This document shows positions 50,004-60,484 of a DNA stretch of 64,000 bases, piece after piece. Made by a program: the position numbers and the translations under genes. The notes beneath the pieces are model-generated. The model made no database searches. It had not been told where the DNA came from and saw nothing but the letters and a program-made list of their open reading frames with translations. Source of the stretch: an uncultured Acidobacteriota bacterium (GTDB lineage: Bacteria > Acidobacteriota > Thermoanaerobaculia > UBA5066); the NCBI GenBank assembly GCA_963779415.1, contig CAVZYA010000003.1, positions 160,001 through 224,000 on the forward strand. Direction: 5' to 3'. Positions within the stretch are counted from its first letter, which is position 1. Each line of letters begins with the position of its first letter.

Positions 50004-52109
50004 TCACACCGCCGGTCCCGGAATTCCGTCCACCCTGGTCTCCTTCATCGCGAGGAGCCGTCCGGCGGCGGCATCCCGCCAGCCGTTGATCTCCTCCCGC
50101 CCGAGAGACCTCGAAGTCGATCCGAACCGCAGCGTCATCGTCGTCTTCACGAATCCGTCCGGGACACCGGCTCCCCGGTAGCGCCCCTTCGCTTCCACGC
50201 CCAGAAGCTCGGCCGGCGCCCCGTCGCGAACCCGCTCTTCCAGCTCGCGCCACGGCACGGTGACCGCATGCGTCACGGTCAGGTCCACCTCGCTCCCCGG
50301 AAGCTTCGGGGGCGCGTCGACGGAGTCGGGCGGCGGCGGGACGCGCGACGAAAGGAGCCCGAGGTCGAGGTCCGAAACGACCGCGTCCGGGAGGTCCCAC
50401 GCGGCGCCCAGCGACCCGGCGAGGACGCCGACCCAGCCGAGCCGTCCGCCGTCCGCCGCGACGACCGCGGCGGCGCGCCCCGGCGCGAGGAACGGGAGCG
50501 AGATCGGCTCGAGCGACGGGTCCGGAATGGCGAGGCCGCGGAAGAGCGCCGTGACGGCGCCCGACCCGTCGAAGAAGTCGACCGCGCGAGCTTCCTCCGA
50601 CCAGTGGCGCCGCCGGGATCCCGCGAGGAGGAGCGCCGCGTGACGATCCTCGCGAATCCGCTCCTCGAGGCCCCCCGAGTCTCCGATCCGCCCGTAGGCG
50701 TGGCCGACCTCGAAGAGACCGAGATCCCGGATGCCGCGGCGGACGTTGTGCCGCGCGCTCTGGAGGAGGCCGATGACGGGCGTGGCACGCATCGTGGAGT
50801 AGGGCTCGGCGAGCGGGTTCTCGAGGACGACCGGCGTCCCCGGGGCGGCAGCCTCGAAGGGGCGGTTCTCCTCGCCAGAGACGAAGGAGTAGGTCGAGGC
50901 TTCGAGGAGCCCCTGCGAGACGAGGAGGTCTCGGACGCGGTCCTCGAATGCGGAGGCCCGCTTCTCCTTCGCCGGGACGTACGGCGCGGGAAGCGTCTCC
51001 GGAAGGCGGTCGTACCCCTCGCAGCGGATGACCTCCTCGACGAGGTCGACCTCGGACTCGATGTCGACGCGCCAGGAAGGGACCGCGACGCGAAGGGTGC
51101 CGTCGCGCGCCGAAGGCGAAAACCCGAGGTCCCGGAGGATCTCCTCGCAGCGCGCGGGGGGGATCGCGATCCCGAGGAAGGCGTGGAGGTGAGTGATCCG
51201 GAGTGTGAGAGACCGTGCCGCGCGCTTTCCGGGGCGGACGTCGATCACGCCTTTCGCGATCGAGCCTCCGCCGTCCCCGACGATCAGCCGCGCTGCGCGA
51301 TCGAGCCCCTCGAGCGTCGCCTCGGGATCGGTCCCGCGCTCGAAGCGATGCGAGGCGTCCGTGTGCATCCCGAGGAGGCGGGACCCGCGCCGGACGACGC
51401 CCGGGTCGAAGTGCGCCGACTCGAGGAGAACCCGCGTCGTCCGCTCCGAGATGGCCGTTTCGAGCCCTCCCATGATCCCGGCGAGGGCGACCGGCCTCTT
51501 CGCGTCCGCGATGACGAGATGCGCAGGCATCAGCGTCCGCTCGACGCCGTCCAGAGTCACGAGCTTCTCTCCGGAGCGCGCCCTTCGGACGACGATCGTC
51601 GGGAGGCCGCTCTCGTCCTTCGCCAGCTTGTCGAGGTCGAAGGCGTGGAGCGGCTGGCCGATGTCCCAGAGGACGTGATTCGTCGCGTCGACCGGAGACG
51701 AGATGAGCCCCGCGTCGAGGGCGGAGAGGCGCTCGCCGACCCGCGCGCCGACGGGACGGACGCGGAGCCCCTCGATCACTCGCGCCGAGTAGCGGTCGCA
51801 GAGCGACGGCTCCTCGATGACCACCTTCGCGAGCGTCGCAGCGGGCGTCGCCCCTTCGGGCACGGCGAGATCGGCTTCCGGGTCACGGAACTCGCGCCGG
51901 AGGGCGACGGCGGCCTCGCGCGCAAGGCCCCGGTGGCTCATCGCGTCGGGACGGTTCGCCGTGATCTCCACGTCGAAGACCGCCGACGGTCCGTCCCCCT
52001 CCACCGTTTCGACGACGAAGCCCACCGCCGTCAGCCTCTCGCGGAGGAGCGCCGTTTCGGGCGGCTCTCCCGGGAGGTACGAGGCGAGCCATTCCTGCCG
52101 GAACTTCAT
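50004..52109 (-). CDS. pheT: Phenylalanine-tRNA ligase beta subunit (short form)
   Basis: EITANRPD, GQPLHAFD, TDASHRFERG, VPSWRVDI..EVDLVEEV. Confidence 0.95.
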   Translation of the reverse strand: MKFRQEWLASYLPGEPPETALLRERLTAVGFVVETVEGDGPSAVFDVEITANRPDAMSHRGLAREAAVALRREFRDPEADLAVPEGATPAATLAKVVIEEPSLCDRYSARVIEGLRVRPVGARVGERLSALDAGLISSPVDATNHVLWDIGQPLHAFDLDKLAKDESGLPTIVVRRARSGEKLVTLDGVERTLMPAHLVIADAKRPVALAGIMGGLETAISERTTRVLLESAHFDPGVVRRGSRLLGMHTDASHRFERGTDPEATLEGLDRAARLIVGDGGGSIAKGVIDVRPGKRAARSLTLRITHLHAFLGIAIPPARCEEILRDLGFSPSARDGTLRVAVPSWRVDIESEVDLVEEVIRCEGYDRLPETLPAPYVPAKEKRASAFEDRVRDLLVSQGLLEASTYSFVSGEENRPFEAAAPGTPVVLENPLAEPYSTMRATPVIGLLQSARHNVRRGIRDLGLFEVGHAYGRIGDSGGLEERIREDRHAALLLAGSRRRHWSEEARAVDFFDGSGAVTALFRGLAIPDPSLEPISLPFLAPGRAAAVVAADGGRLGWVGVLAGSLGAAWDLPDAVVSDLDLGLLSSRVPPPPDSVDAPPKLPGSEVDLTVTHAVTVPWRELEERVRDGAPAELLGVEAKGRYRGAGVPDGFVKTTMTLRFGSTSRSLGREEINGWRDAAAGRLLAMKETRVDGIPGPAV

Positions 52110-52113
52110 CGGG

Positions 52114-53193
52114 TCACCAGGTCCGGTCCAGGAAGCGGACGTCGTTCTCGAAGAGGAGGCGGAGGTCGGGGATGCCGTGGACGAGCATCGCGATCCGGTC
52201 GATGCCCCCCCCGAACGCAAAGCCGCTGTAGCGCTCCGGGTCGATCCCGCCGTTGGCGAGGACCTTCGGGTGAACCATCCCGGCCCCCATGATCTCGATC
52301 CACCCGGAGCCCGAGCAGACGCGGCACCCCTTCTGGTCGCAGAAGACGCACGAGACGGCCACGTCGACGCCCGGCTCGACGAACGGGAAGAAGGTCGGGC
52401 CGAATCGGACCTTTGCCTTCGGCGAGAAGAGCTGACGGAAGACCGCCGCGAGCGTCCCCTTCAGGTCGGAGAAGGTGATTCCCTCGTCCACCGTCAGTCC
52501 CTCGACCTGATGGAAGACCGGCGAGTGGCGCGGGTCGATGGCGTCCCTCCGGTAGACGCGGCCGGGAATGACGATCCGGATCGGCGGCTTCTGGCCGAGC
52601 ATCGTCCGGATCTGCACGGGCGAGGTGTGCGTCCGGAGGAGGAGCCGGTCGCGTCCCTCTCCGCCGTCCTTCACGAAGAACGTGTCGAATTCGTCGCGAG
52701 CCGGGTGGTCGGGCGGAAAGTTGAGGGCCTCGAAGTTGTACCAGTCGGTCTCGATGTCGGGGCCGTCCGCGACCTCGTAGCCGAGGGCGCGGAAGGCCTC
52801 CTCGATCCGGCGGCGGACCACCGTCAGCGGGTGGAGCCGCCCCACCGGAGGGACGCGCGGCGGGAGCGTCACGTCCACGGCCTGCGCCAGCACCCGTTCG
52901 CGCTGCTCGCGGGCAACGGCCATCTCTTCCAGGAGCGTCACCCGCTTCTCGGCGTCGGCCTTCGCCCGGTTGACGGCCGCCCCGAGGGCGGCCTTCTGGT
53001 CCTTCGGCGCCATCCGAAGCTGCTCCAGGAGGAAGCTGACGTGGCTCTGGCTCCGCCCCACGCACTTGACGCGCAGAGCCTGCACCTCGGAGGGCGTCAG
53101 CCCCCCTTTCGCAGCGGACTCCCTCTCAGCCTTCTCCAGTTCCTTCGAAAGCTGCTGGGCCGCGAACCCTACCGCCTCGGCAATCTCGCCCAA
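52114..53193 (-). CDS. pheS: Phenylalanine-tRNA ligase alpha subunit
   Basis: NFEALNFPPDHPARD, LRTHTSPVQ, FHQVEG, FPFVEPG, GAGMVHP.V. Confidence 0.97.
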   Translation of the reverse strand: MGEIAEAVGFAAQQLSKELEKAERESAAKGGLTPSEVQALRVKCVGRSQSHVSFLLEQLRMAPKDQKAALGAAVNRAKADAEKRVTLLEEMAVAREQRERVLAQAVDVTLPPRVPPVGRLHPLTVVRRRIEEAFRALGYEVADGPDIETDWYNFEALNFPPDHPARDEFDTFFVKDGGEGRDRLLLRTHTSPVQIRTMLGQKPPIRIVIPGRVYRRDAIDPRHSPVFHQVEGLTVDEGITFSDLKGTLAAVFRQLFSPKAKVRFGPTFFPFVEPGVDVAVSCVFCDQKGCRVCSGSGWIEIMGAGMVHPKVLANGGIDPERYSGFAFGGGIDRIAMLVHGIPDLRLLFENDVRFLDRTW

Positions 53194-53202
53194 GGTCTTC
53201 GG

Positions 53203-53580
53203 TCAGGCGCTCGCGGGGGCGGCGGCTCCGAGGGCGCTCTTGGCCGAGGCGACGAGCGACGCGAAGCCCTTCGGGTCCTGGACGGCGATCTCGGCGAGCA
53301 TCTTCCGGTTCACGTCCGAGCCCGCCTTCTTCAGCCCCGCCATCAGCTTCGAGTAGCTCATGTCGTGCATCCGGGCGGCCGCGTTGATCCGGACGATCCA
53401 GAGTCCGCGAAAATCGCGCTTCCTCTGCTTCCGGTCGCGGGTCGCATAGACCATCGAGCGCTCGACCTGCAGCTCTGCGATCCGGAAGCAGTTGTGCTTC
53501 GTTCCGTAATATCCCTTGGCCAGCTCGAGCACGCGCTCGCGGCGGTTCTTTCTCTTCGGTCCACGCTTGACGCGGGGCAT
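53203..53580 (-). CDS. rplT: 50S ribosomal protein L20
   Basis: MPRVKRG..., [23 protein letters not shown]. Confidence 0.98.
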   Translation of the reverse strand: MPRVKRGPKRKNRRERVLELAKGYYGTKHNCFRIAELQVERSMVYATRDRKQRKRDFRGLWIVRINAAARMHDMSYSKLMAGLKKAGSDVNRKMLAEIAVQDPKGFASLVASAKSALGAAAPASA

Positions 53581-53606
53581 CGTCGTTTCTCCTTATTCCT
53601 GGGGGC

Positions 53607-53810
53607 TCACGCGTACGGGAGCATCGTCCGGACGACCCGGATGTCGGCCTTCGACACGAGGGTCTCCTTGTCGAGCTGCCGCAGGCGTCCGGAGCTTTTC
53701 TTCGTGAGGATGTGCCGCTTCATCGCATGGCTCCGCTTGAACTTGCCGGTGGCGGTCTTGCGGAACCTCTTCGCGGCTCCCCGGTGGGTCTTTCTCTTGT
53801 AGGTGGCCAT
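53607..53810 (-). CDS. rpmI: 50S ribosomal protein L35
   Basis: [17 protein letters not shown]...HILTKK. Confidence 0.97.
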   Translation of the reverse strand: MATYKRKTHRGAAKRFRKTATGKFKRSHAMKRHILTKKSSGRLRQLDKETLVSKADIRVVRTMLPYA

Positions 53811-53836
53811 CTTGGATCGCTCCTTCGCGTGGGATG

Positions 53837-54385
53837 TCAGTGCTTCTTCGCCGGGCCGAGGATGAGATGCATCCGGTTTCCGAGGACCTCGGAGTTCCCT
53901 TCCGCGTGGGCCTTCGGGCCGAGGTCGCCGACGAGCCGGTCCAGGACCTTCCGGCCGTTGTCCATGCGCGACATCTCGCGCCCGCGGAACTGGACGGTCG
54001 CCTTGACCTTGTCCCCCTCTTCCAGGAACCGGATGATGTTCTTCAGCTTGAAGTCGTAGTCGTGGTCGTCGATGTTCGGCCGGAACTTGACTTCCTTGAC
54101 CTGCGTCACCTTCTGCCGCTTCTTCGACTCGTGCTCTTTCTTCTTCTTCTCGAAGATGAACTTGCCGAAGTCCATCACCTTGCAGACCGGGGGGCTGGCC
54201 TGCTCCGCGATGACGACGACGTCGAGCCCCTCCTCACGCCCCTTCGCGAGCGCCGTCTGCGGGTCGACGACGCCGAGCTGCTCTCCCGTCGAGCTGATCA
54301 GGCGCACATTGGGGAAGCGGAGGATGTACTCGTTGATCGGGGAGTTCTTCGTGGGGGGGATGCGCGGTCCGCCTCGAAAGTAAAT
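53837..54385 (-). CDS. infC: Translation initiation factor IF-3 (ATT start)
   Basis: [30 protein letters not shown]; in-frame ATT at 54385 with AGGAGG 7 nt upstream. Confidence 0.95.
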   Translation of the reverse strand: MYFRGGPRIPPTKNSPINEYILRFPNVRLISSTGEQLGVVDPQTALAKGREEGLDVVVIAEQASPPVCKVMDFGKFIFEKKKKEHESKKRQKVTQVKEVKFRPNIDDHDYDFKLKNIIRFLEEGDKVKATVQFRGREMSRMDNGRKVLDRLVGDLGPKAHAEGNSEVLGNRMHLILGPAKKH

Positions 54386-54462
54386 GTTGATTCCTCCTGT
54401 CTTGTTACGCGGCCTGTTGAGTTCGTTCTCTGATTCGCGCCTTCATCGATTTTGTCAGGGCA

Positions 54463-56460
54463 CTAGGAGATCTTTTTAGAAGGGGAATAAATCTGGCCCA
54501 TGGACTCGTGCCAGACGAGGGAGCGCGACGCGACGGCGGATTTCATTCTCTCGATGAGGTTCTCGAGCTTGAGGTCTTTCTCTTCCTTGCCGTGGCGCTC
54601 CCGCAGCGAGACCGTGCCGGCGCCCTGCTCCTTCTCTCCGACGATCAGGAGCGCCGGGACCTTTTCCAGCTCCCCCGCGCGGATCTTTGCGCCCAGCTTC
54701 TCGCTCCGGAGATCGCACGTCGCGCGGAGCCCGGCCCCTCTCAGCTTTCGAAGAACCTCTTCTCCGTATTGATTGGACTTCTCCGAGACCGGGACGACCC
54801 GCACCTGCTCCGGCGCGAGCCAGAACGGGAAGTCGCCCCCCGTGTGCTCGACGAGAATCCCGAAGAACCGCTCGATCGACCCGAGGATGGCGCGGTGGAG
54901 GACGACCGGGCGCTTCTTCGACCCGTCCTCGGCCGTGTAGTGGAGGTCGAACCGCTCCGGGTTCGAGAAGTCGACCTGGAGCGTCCCGAGCTGCCAGGCA
55001 CGGCCGATGGCGTCCGTCACCTGGAAGTCGAGCTTCGGGCCGTAGAACGCCCCGTCGCCGTGGTTCACGAAGTACGACCACCCCTCGAGCGTCGCCGCGC
55101 GCTCCTCGAATGCCTGTGCGAGCGCCCGCTCGGCCTTGTCCCAGTTCTCGATCACGCCCATGAACTTCTCCGGGCGCGTCCCGAGCCCCACCTTCACCTC
55201 GCCGAAGCCGAACGTGTCGTAGACCTCGCGGATGAAGTCCAGGAAACGGTCCATCTCCGCCGGCATCTGGTCCAGCGTCACGAAGATGTGAGAGTCGTCC
55301 TGGCAGAACGTCCTCACGCGCGTGAGGCCCTGCGTCACGCCGGAGCGCTCGTACCGGTGAAGGCGCCCGAAGTCGGCGTAGCGGACCGGAAGGTCGCGGT
55401 ACGAGAAGGCGTGCAGCCCGAACATCAGGAAGTGCGCCGGGCAGTTCATCGGCTTGACGCCGTACTCCCGCTCGTCGATCTCCGTGAAGTACATGTTCTC
55501 GCGGTAGTTCTGGTAGTGCCCCGACTGCTTGAACAGCTCCACGTCGAAGATCTGCGGCGTGATGACCTCCTCGTAGCCGTACTTCACGTAGAGCTCGCGG
55601 ATGTAGTCGACGAGGAGGTTGTAGACCGTCGCCCCCTTCGGGAGGAAGAAGGGCGAGGCCGGGGCCCACGGATGGAAGAGGAAGAGCGAAAGCTCCTTCC
55701 CCACCTTCCGGTGGTCGCGCCCCTTCGCCGCCTCGACCCGGGCGAGATGCTCCTCCAGCTCCTTCTGCGAGAGGAACGACGCCCCGTAGATCCGCTGGAG
55801 CATCGGGTTCCGCTCGTCTCCCTTCCAGTAGGCGCCGGCGGAGTGCGTCAGCTTGAAGACGCCGAGCTTCCCGGTCGACGGGACGTGCGGGCCGCGGCAG
55901 AGATCGATGAAGTCGGCCTGCCGGTAGCAGGAGACGGTGTCGTCCGGGATGCCCGCCACGATCTCGACCTTCAGCGGGTCCCCCTGCGCCTCGAAAATCT
56001 TCACGGCTTCGCTTTTTTTCATCTCGACGCGGAGGATTTCATTATCTTCGGCGACGATCTTCCGCATCTCGGCCTCGATCCTCTCGAGGTCCTCGGGCGT
56101 GAAGGGGCGGCCGGGGTCGAAGTCGTAGTAGTAGCCGTTCTCGATGGCCGGGCCGATCCCGATCCTGACTCCCGGGAAGAGCCGCTTGACGGCGTTGGCC
56201 GTCAGGTGGGCCGTGGAGTGGCGGTAGAGCTCGAGCGCGTCGGTATGCTTCGGCGTCACGACCTCGAACGGGCCGGACTCCGGAAGGGGGCGCGAGAGAT
56301 CGAGGAGCCGGCCGTTCAACTTGACGGCGAGGGCGTCCTTGGCCAGGCGCGCGCCGATCGACTCGGCGACCGTGCGCCCGGTCGTCCCCTTCGGGACCTC
56401 TCTTACGGACCCGTCGGGAAGCGTCAGGCGGATGGCGTCGTGGGCGATTGTTGCGGACAT
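54463..56460 (-). CDS. thrS: Threonine-tRNA ligase
   Basis: RHSTAHL, DLCRGPH, RDHRK.G, KPMNCP.H, GAFYGPKLD, HRAILGSIERF. Confidence 0.98.
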   Translation of the reverse strand: MSATIAHDAIRLTLPDGSVREVPKGTTGRTVAESIGARLAKDALAVKLNGRLLDLSRPLPESGPFEVVTPKHTDALELYRHSTAHLTANAVKRLFPGVRIGIGPAIENGYYYDFDPGRPFTPEDLERIEAEMRKIVAEDNEILRVEMKKSEAVKIFEAQGDPLKVEIVAGIPDDTVSCYRQADFIDLCRGPHVPSTGKLGVFKLTHSAGAYWKGDERNPMLQRIYGASFLSQKELEEHLARVEAAKGRDHRKVGKELSLFLFHPWAPASPFFLPKGATVYNLLVDYIRELYVKYGYEEVITPQIFDVELFKQSGHYQNYRENMYFTEIDEREYGVKPMNCPAHFLMFGLHAFSYRDLPVRYADFGRLHRYERSGVTQGLTRVRTFCQDDSHIFVTLDQMPAEMDRFLDFIREVYDTFGFGEVKVGLGTRPEKFMGVIENWDKAERALAQAFEERAATLEGWSYFVNHGDGAFYGPKLDFQVTDAIGRAWQLGTLQVDFSNPERFDLHYTAEDGSKKRPVVLHRAILGSIERFFGILVEHTGGDFPFWLAPEQVRVVPVSEKSNQYGEEVLRKLRGAGLRATCDLRSEKLGAKIRAGELEKVPALLIVGEKEQGAGTVSLRERHGKEEKDLKLENLIERMKSAVASRSLVWHESMGQIYSPSKKIS

Positions 56461-56534
56461 GGCTCGACCTCTCCTTTCTCTCTCCGGAAAGAAACGAGCC
56501 GGTTCGGCTTTTCCTGAGGCCTGTCGAGGGGGGG

Positions 56535-56610
56535 TGGTAGGCGCTAGCGGACTCGAACCGCTGACCCCTTCCGTGTGAAGGAAGTGCTCTACCGACTGAG
56601 CTAAGCGCCT
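56535..56610 (-). tRNA. tRNA-Val (CAC)
   Basis: AGGCGCTTAGCTCAGTCGGTAGAGCA CTTCC TTCACAC GGAAG ...GGTTCGAGTCC...CCA, 76 nt. Confidence 0.95.
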
Positions 56611-56644
56611 GCGGAGCGGATGCCGCGCATGTCCGGGAAGCGGA

Positions 56645-56719
<75 letters not shown>

Positions 56720-56826
56720 TCTTCCGTCGTCCCGGGGGCTGCCGGCGGGAGACCCGACAGGGTGCTTGCTTACCCGCCCTCGACCCGGATCGTCTTCTCC
56801 AAAGAGCATTTCCCGGTATTTGCCGG

Positions 56827-56843
56827 GGCGGCGGAGGATACCA
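56827..56843 (-). promoter_or_regulatory. Extended -10 promoter for the tRNA-Val/thrS operon
   Basis: TG-G-TATCCT followed by GC-rich discriminator CCGCCGCC; the same TGGTATCCT occurs upstream of zapA. Confidence 0.5.
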
Positions 56844-56947
56844 CAGCGCCCTGCTATTCAGGCCCGGGAAGGGCCCGGATCCTCCTTCCGGCGCCTCGTG
56901 CCGGTCGGCCTTCGGCGGCTCTCTCGCCGAGATAAGCTCTCAACCAC

Positions 56948-59644
56948 GTGACGCGCTGTAACCGCTGCGGATCGGAGCTGCCGGACCCGGGCCGGTTCTG
57001 CCCGTCGTGCGGCGCGGATCTCGGTTCGGCGTCGCGCCTCCCGACCGAGCTCGGCGCGGCCCCCGCCCCGCCGCGTCCTCCGTCGTCCATCGGGCGGCTC
57101 GCGACCTCCGACTCGATCGACCTCGGCGCCTTCACGCCGGGGACGATGGTCGGCGGCCGGTACCGGATCATCGGCCTTCTCGGCCGGGGCGGGATGGGCG
57201 AGGTCTACCGCGCCGACGACCTGAAGCTCGGGCAGGCCGTCGCGCTCAAGTTCCTGCCGAAGGCGGTTTCGAGCGACGAAGGTCTGCTCGCCCGTTTTCA
57301 CGCGGAAGTGCGCCTCGCGCGGCAGGTCTCCCACCCGAACGTCTGCCGCGTCTACGACATCGACGAGGTGGAGGGGCAGCACTTCCTCTCCATGGAGTAC
57401 GTGGACGGAGAGGACCTCGCCTCGCTCCTCAAGCGAATCGGCCACCTTCACGGCGACAAGGCCCTCGAAGTGGCACGGCAGCTCTGCGCCGGCGTCGCCG
57501 CCGCCCACGAGAAAGGGGTCCTCCACCGCGACCTGAAGCCCGCGAACGTCATGCTCGACGGGCGCGGCCGGGTCCGGATCACCGACTTCGGCCTCGCCGT
57601 CGCCGGCGAGGAGGCGGGCGCGGGGCGCGAGGTCGCCGGCACACCCGCGTACATGTCTCCGGAGCAGCTCGCCGGAAAGGGCGCGTCCGTCCGGAGCGAT
57701 CTCTACTCGCTCGGCCTCGTTCTCTACGAGATCTACACGGGAAAGCGCGCCTTCGACGGGCCGACCCTCGCCGAGATCCGGCGCAAGCACGCCGAAGAGC
57801 CGCCCGCGCCGCCATCCAGCGTGACCTCCGGGATCGACCCTGTCGTCGAACGGGTCATCCTCCGCTGCCTCGAAAAAGACCCGAAGGCCCGCCCCTCTTC
57901 GGCCCTGCAGGTCGCCTCGGCGCTCCCCGGCGGCGACCCGCTCGCCGCGGCCCTCGCGGCCGGCGAGACGCCGTCCCCCGAGATGGTCGCCGCCGCGGGA
58001 GAAGAGGGGACGCTCGCCGCGGGCCCCGCGTGGGCCCTCCTCGGCGGCGTCGTCGTCCTCCTCGTCGCCGTCGTCCTCGTCTCGGGCCTCTCGAGAGACA
58101 TCGGCCTCGCCCCCCCCGAGAAGTCCCGCGACTCGCTCATGGACCGGGCCCGCGACGTGACCGCCCGTCTCGGCTGGACCGAGCCCCCGGCCGACTCTGC
58201 AGGCGCGTTCGTCCGCGACTACCCGTTCCTCTCGTGGATGGCCCGGAACGCGCCGCCCCGCTGGGCGAGGCAGCTCTCCTCATCGTGGTGGACCCCGTAC
58301 TTCTTCCGGTACCGGCAGAGCCCGAGGCCGCTCGTCCCCTACGACTTCCGGGGTCTCGTCAGGGCGGACGACCCTCCGATGAACGTCTCGGGGATGGTCA
58401 CCGTCACCCTCGACACTCGGGGCCGCCTCCGGAGCTTCCTCGCCGTTCCGAACCAGGTGAAGGCCGCGGCCGTGACGACGACGCCGGCATGGGAAGCCCT
58501 CTTCTCGGACGCGGGCCTCGACTTCAAGGCATTCTCGCCGTCGGAGGCGGCGTGGCTCCCTCCCGTTGCCTACGACTCCGTCTTCGGCTGGACGGGGACC
58601 GTCCCGGGGAGAGCGGATGCCGTGCTGAAGGTCGTCGCCGCCGTCCAGCAGGGCCGGCTGGTCTACTTCGAGCTGATCGCGCCCTGGAGCGAGGCCGCGC
58701 AGGTGACGGAACGTCCGACGGCGCTTCGGACGAAGATCTCGGAGATCGTCTTCTTCGTCCTCGGTATCTGTTTCACCATCGCAGCCCTTTACTTCGCAAG
58801 GAGGAACCTGCGGCTCGGACGCGGGGACAAGGCGGGTGCTGTTCGACTGGCCACGGGGGTCTTCCTTCTCGCAATCCTCGCCCACCTCCTCGCGCGCCAC
58901 TTCAGCCTTGCGCCCGGCGCTCTCGGCCGCGCGTTCGGGGAAAGCCTCGGCGACAGCCTTCCCCCGGCGGTCATCGTCGGCGTCGTCTATCTCGCGCTCG
59001 AGCCCTACTTCCGAAGGCGCTATCCGGAGCTTCTCGTCTCCTGGGCGCGGCTCTTCTCCGGAAAGCTCCGGGACCCGCTCGTCGGAAGGGACCACCTCTG
59101 GGGCGTCATCGCCGGCCTCACCGCCTGTCTCGTCCTCTGCCTCGAGAACATTCCCCCCGCGCTCTTCCGGGCCCCCGGCCAGACGCCGGTATGGTTCGAC
59201 CCGTCTTCGGTCGCCGGCCTCGGCGGCTTCGTTTCCTATGTCGCCAGCTCGGTGGTGGCGAGCTTCGTCTGGCTCTTCATGACCACCGCCTCGCTCTTCT
59301 TCGGCCGCCTCGTCCTCCGAAAGGCCGCGCTCGCGGCCGCCGTGCCGTGGCTCGTCGTCTTCCTGAGCTTCCTCGGGGGAGAAAACCCGCTCTTCGAGCT
59401 GACCGGCGGGATCCTTCTCGCGACGCTCTTCCTCTTCCTCCTCTTCCACAGCGGTCTCCTCGGCCTCGCGGTGGGGTTCGGCGTCTTCAGCGTCCTCTCG
59501 ACGGCCCCGCTCACCCCCGACGTCTCCCGGTGGTTCTCGGGCTACGGTTTTTCCTGCGTCGCGGTCGTCCTCGCGATCGCGCTCTACGGCTTCTGGGCGG
59601 CGCGCGGCGGAGCCGTCCTCTCCGGCCTCGCGGCCGACGACTGA
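56948..59644 (+). CDS. Hanks-type Ser/Thr protein kinase with N-terminal zinc ribbon and polytopic membrane C-terminus
   Basis: CNRC..CPSC, LGRGGMGEVY, ALK, HRDLKPAN, DFG, GTPAYMSPEQ; one TM, a soluble loop, then multiple TMs. Confidence 0.92.
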   Translation: MTRCNRCGSELPDPGRFCPSCGADLGSASRLPTELGAAPAPPRPPSSIGRLATSDSIDLGAFTPGTMVGGRYRIIGLLGRGGMGEVYRADDLKLGQAVALKFLPKAVSSDEGLLARFHAEVRLARQVSHPNVCRVYDIDEVEGQHFLSMEYVDGEDLASLLKRIGHLHGDKALEVARQLCAGVAAAHEKGVLHRDLKPANVMLDGRGRVRITDFGLAVAGEEAGAGREVAGTPAYMSPEQLAGKGASVRSDLYSLGLVLYEIYTGKRAFDGPTLAEIRRKHAEEPPAPPSSVTSGIDPVVERVILRCLEKDPKARPSSALQVASALPGGDPLAAALAAGETPSPEMVAAAGEEGTLAAGPAWALLGGVVVLLVAVVLVSGLSRDIGLAPPEKSRDSLMDRARDVTARLGWTEPPADSAGAFVRDYPFLSWMARNAPPRWARQLSSSWWTPYFFRYRQSPRPLVPYDFRGLVRADDPPMNVSGMVTVTLDTRGRLRSFLAVPNQVKAAAVTTTPAWEALFSDAGLDFKAFSPSEAAWLPPVAYDSVFGWTGTVPGRADAVLKVVAAVQQGRLVYFELIAPWSEAAQVTERPTALRTKISEIVFFVLGICFTIAALYFARRNLRLGRGDKAGAVRLATGVFLLAILAHLLARHFSLAPGALGRAFGESLGDSLPPAVIVGVVYLALEPYFRRRYPELLVSWARLFSGKLRDPLVGRDHLWGVIAGLTACLVLCLENIPPALFRAPGQTPVWFDPSSVAGLGGFVSYVASSVVASFVWLFMTTASLFFGRLVLRKAALAAAVPWLVVFLSFLGGENPLFELTGGILLATLFLFLLFHSGLLGLAVGFGVFSVLSTAPLTPDVSRWFSGYGFSCVAVVLAIALYGFWAARGGAVLSGLAADD

Positions 59645-60100
59645 TCAGGCCGTCTTCTTCCGCACCCAGAGCGTCTTCGTGACCCGGGCGACGAGCGTCC
59701 CGTCGTCGGCCACGATCTCTCCCGTGTAGACCGGCTCGGCGATCTCTCCCGCGTCGGCCAGCGCCTTCACCCGCGCGATCTCCTCCGGCGGGACGTGATA
59801 GCGCCCGGTGACGCGTCCGCGGCCGGGCTTGAGGAACTCGATCGTCGCCTTCTTGTCCCAGACGATGTAGCCCGGGCCGACGTGCTTCGCCACGATGAAG
59901 ACGAAGAAGGGGTCCGTCATGGCGTAGAGCGACCCGCCGAAATGCGTCCCGAAGAGGTTCCGGTTGTAAAGGCGGAGCTTCATCGAGACGACGATCGTGT
60001 ACGGGTCGTCCTTCGGATATCTCACCCGGATCCCCGCGCCGAGAAAGGGCGGGTAGAAGTTCACGAACTTCATCAAGAGGCGTTGACGGAAGCTGCTCAT
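59645..60100 (-). CDS. DUF4442 / hot-dog fold thioesterase-like protein
   Basis: NFYPPFLGAGI, NRN..GTHFGGSLYAMTDPF, VWDK.A.I.FLKPGRG. Confidence 0.8.
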   Translation of the reverse strand: MSSFRQRLLMKFVNFYPPFLGAGIRVRYPKDDPYTIVVSMKLRLYNRNLFGTHFGGSLYAMTDPFFVFIVAKHVGPGYIVWDKKATIEFLKPGRGRVTGRYHVPPEEIARVKALADAGEIAEPVYTGEIVADDGTLVARVTKTLWVRKKTA

Positions 60101-60142
60101 CGTGCGAGAACGACGCGCGGTTGGCTCACCGGTGGCGTCACC

Positions 60143-60484
60143 CTAGAGCTCGCCCAGACGGCGGAGCTTTTCCTCGACTTCCTTGAGGAGAGGGCGCGGC
60201 AGAGCGCGCAGAGGACGGACGAACCGCCCGTTGTCGATGGCACGGCTCTGATCGATCATGACCTCGCACGCCTCCCGGTTCCCGGCGATCCCCCGGGGGA
60301 GAGGCACACGGAGGAGGTTCTCTCCCGAGAGCCGGGTCGTGCAGGGTACGACCCACGTCGACGGATGGCCGGCGTCGTTCAGGAGGTCCGTCTGGATGAT
60401 CAGCACCGGTCGCACTTTTCCCGGCTCGGTCCCGAGGCGCGGATCCAGATTCGCCAGATAGAGCCACCCGCGCCGGACTCTCAC
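60143..60484 (-). CDS. mazF: PemK/MazF family toxin
   Basis: RRG.LYLANLDP..GTEPGKVRPVLIIQTD..N, DQ.RAID..R. Confidence 0.88.
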   Translation of the reverse strand: MRVRRGWLYLANLDPRLGTEPGKVRPVLIIQTDLLNDAGHPSTWVVPCTTRLSGENLLRVPLPRGIAGNREACEVMIDQSRAIDNGRFVRPLRALPRPLLKEVEEKLRRLGEL

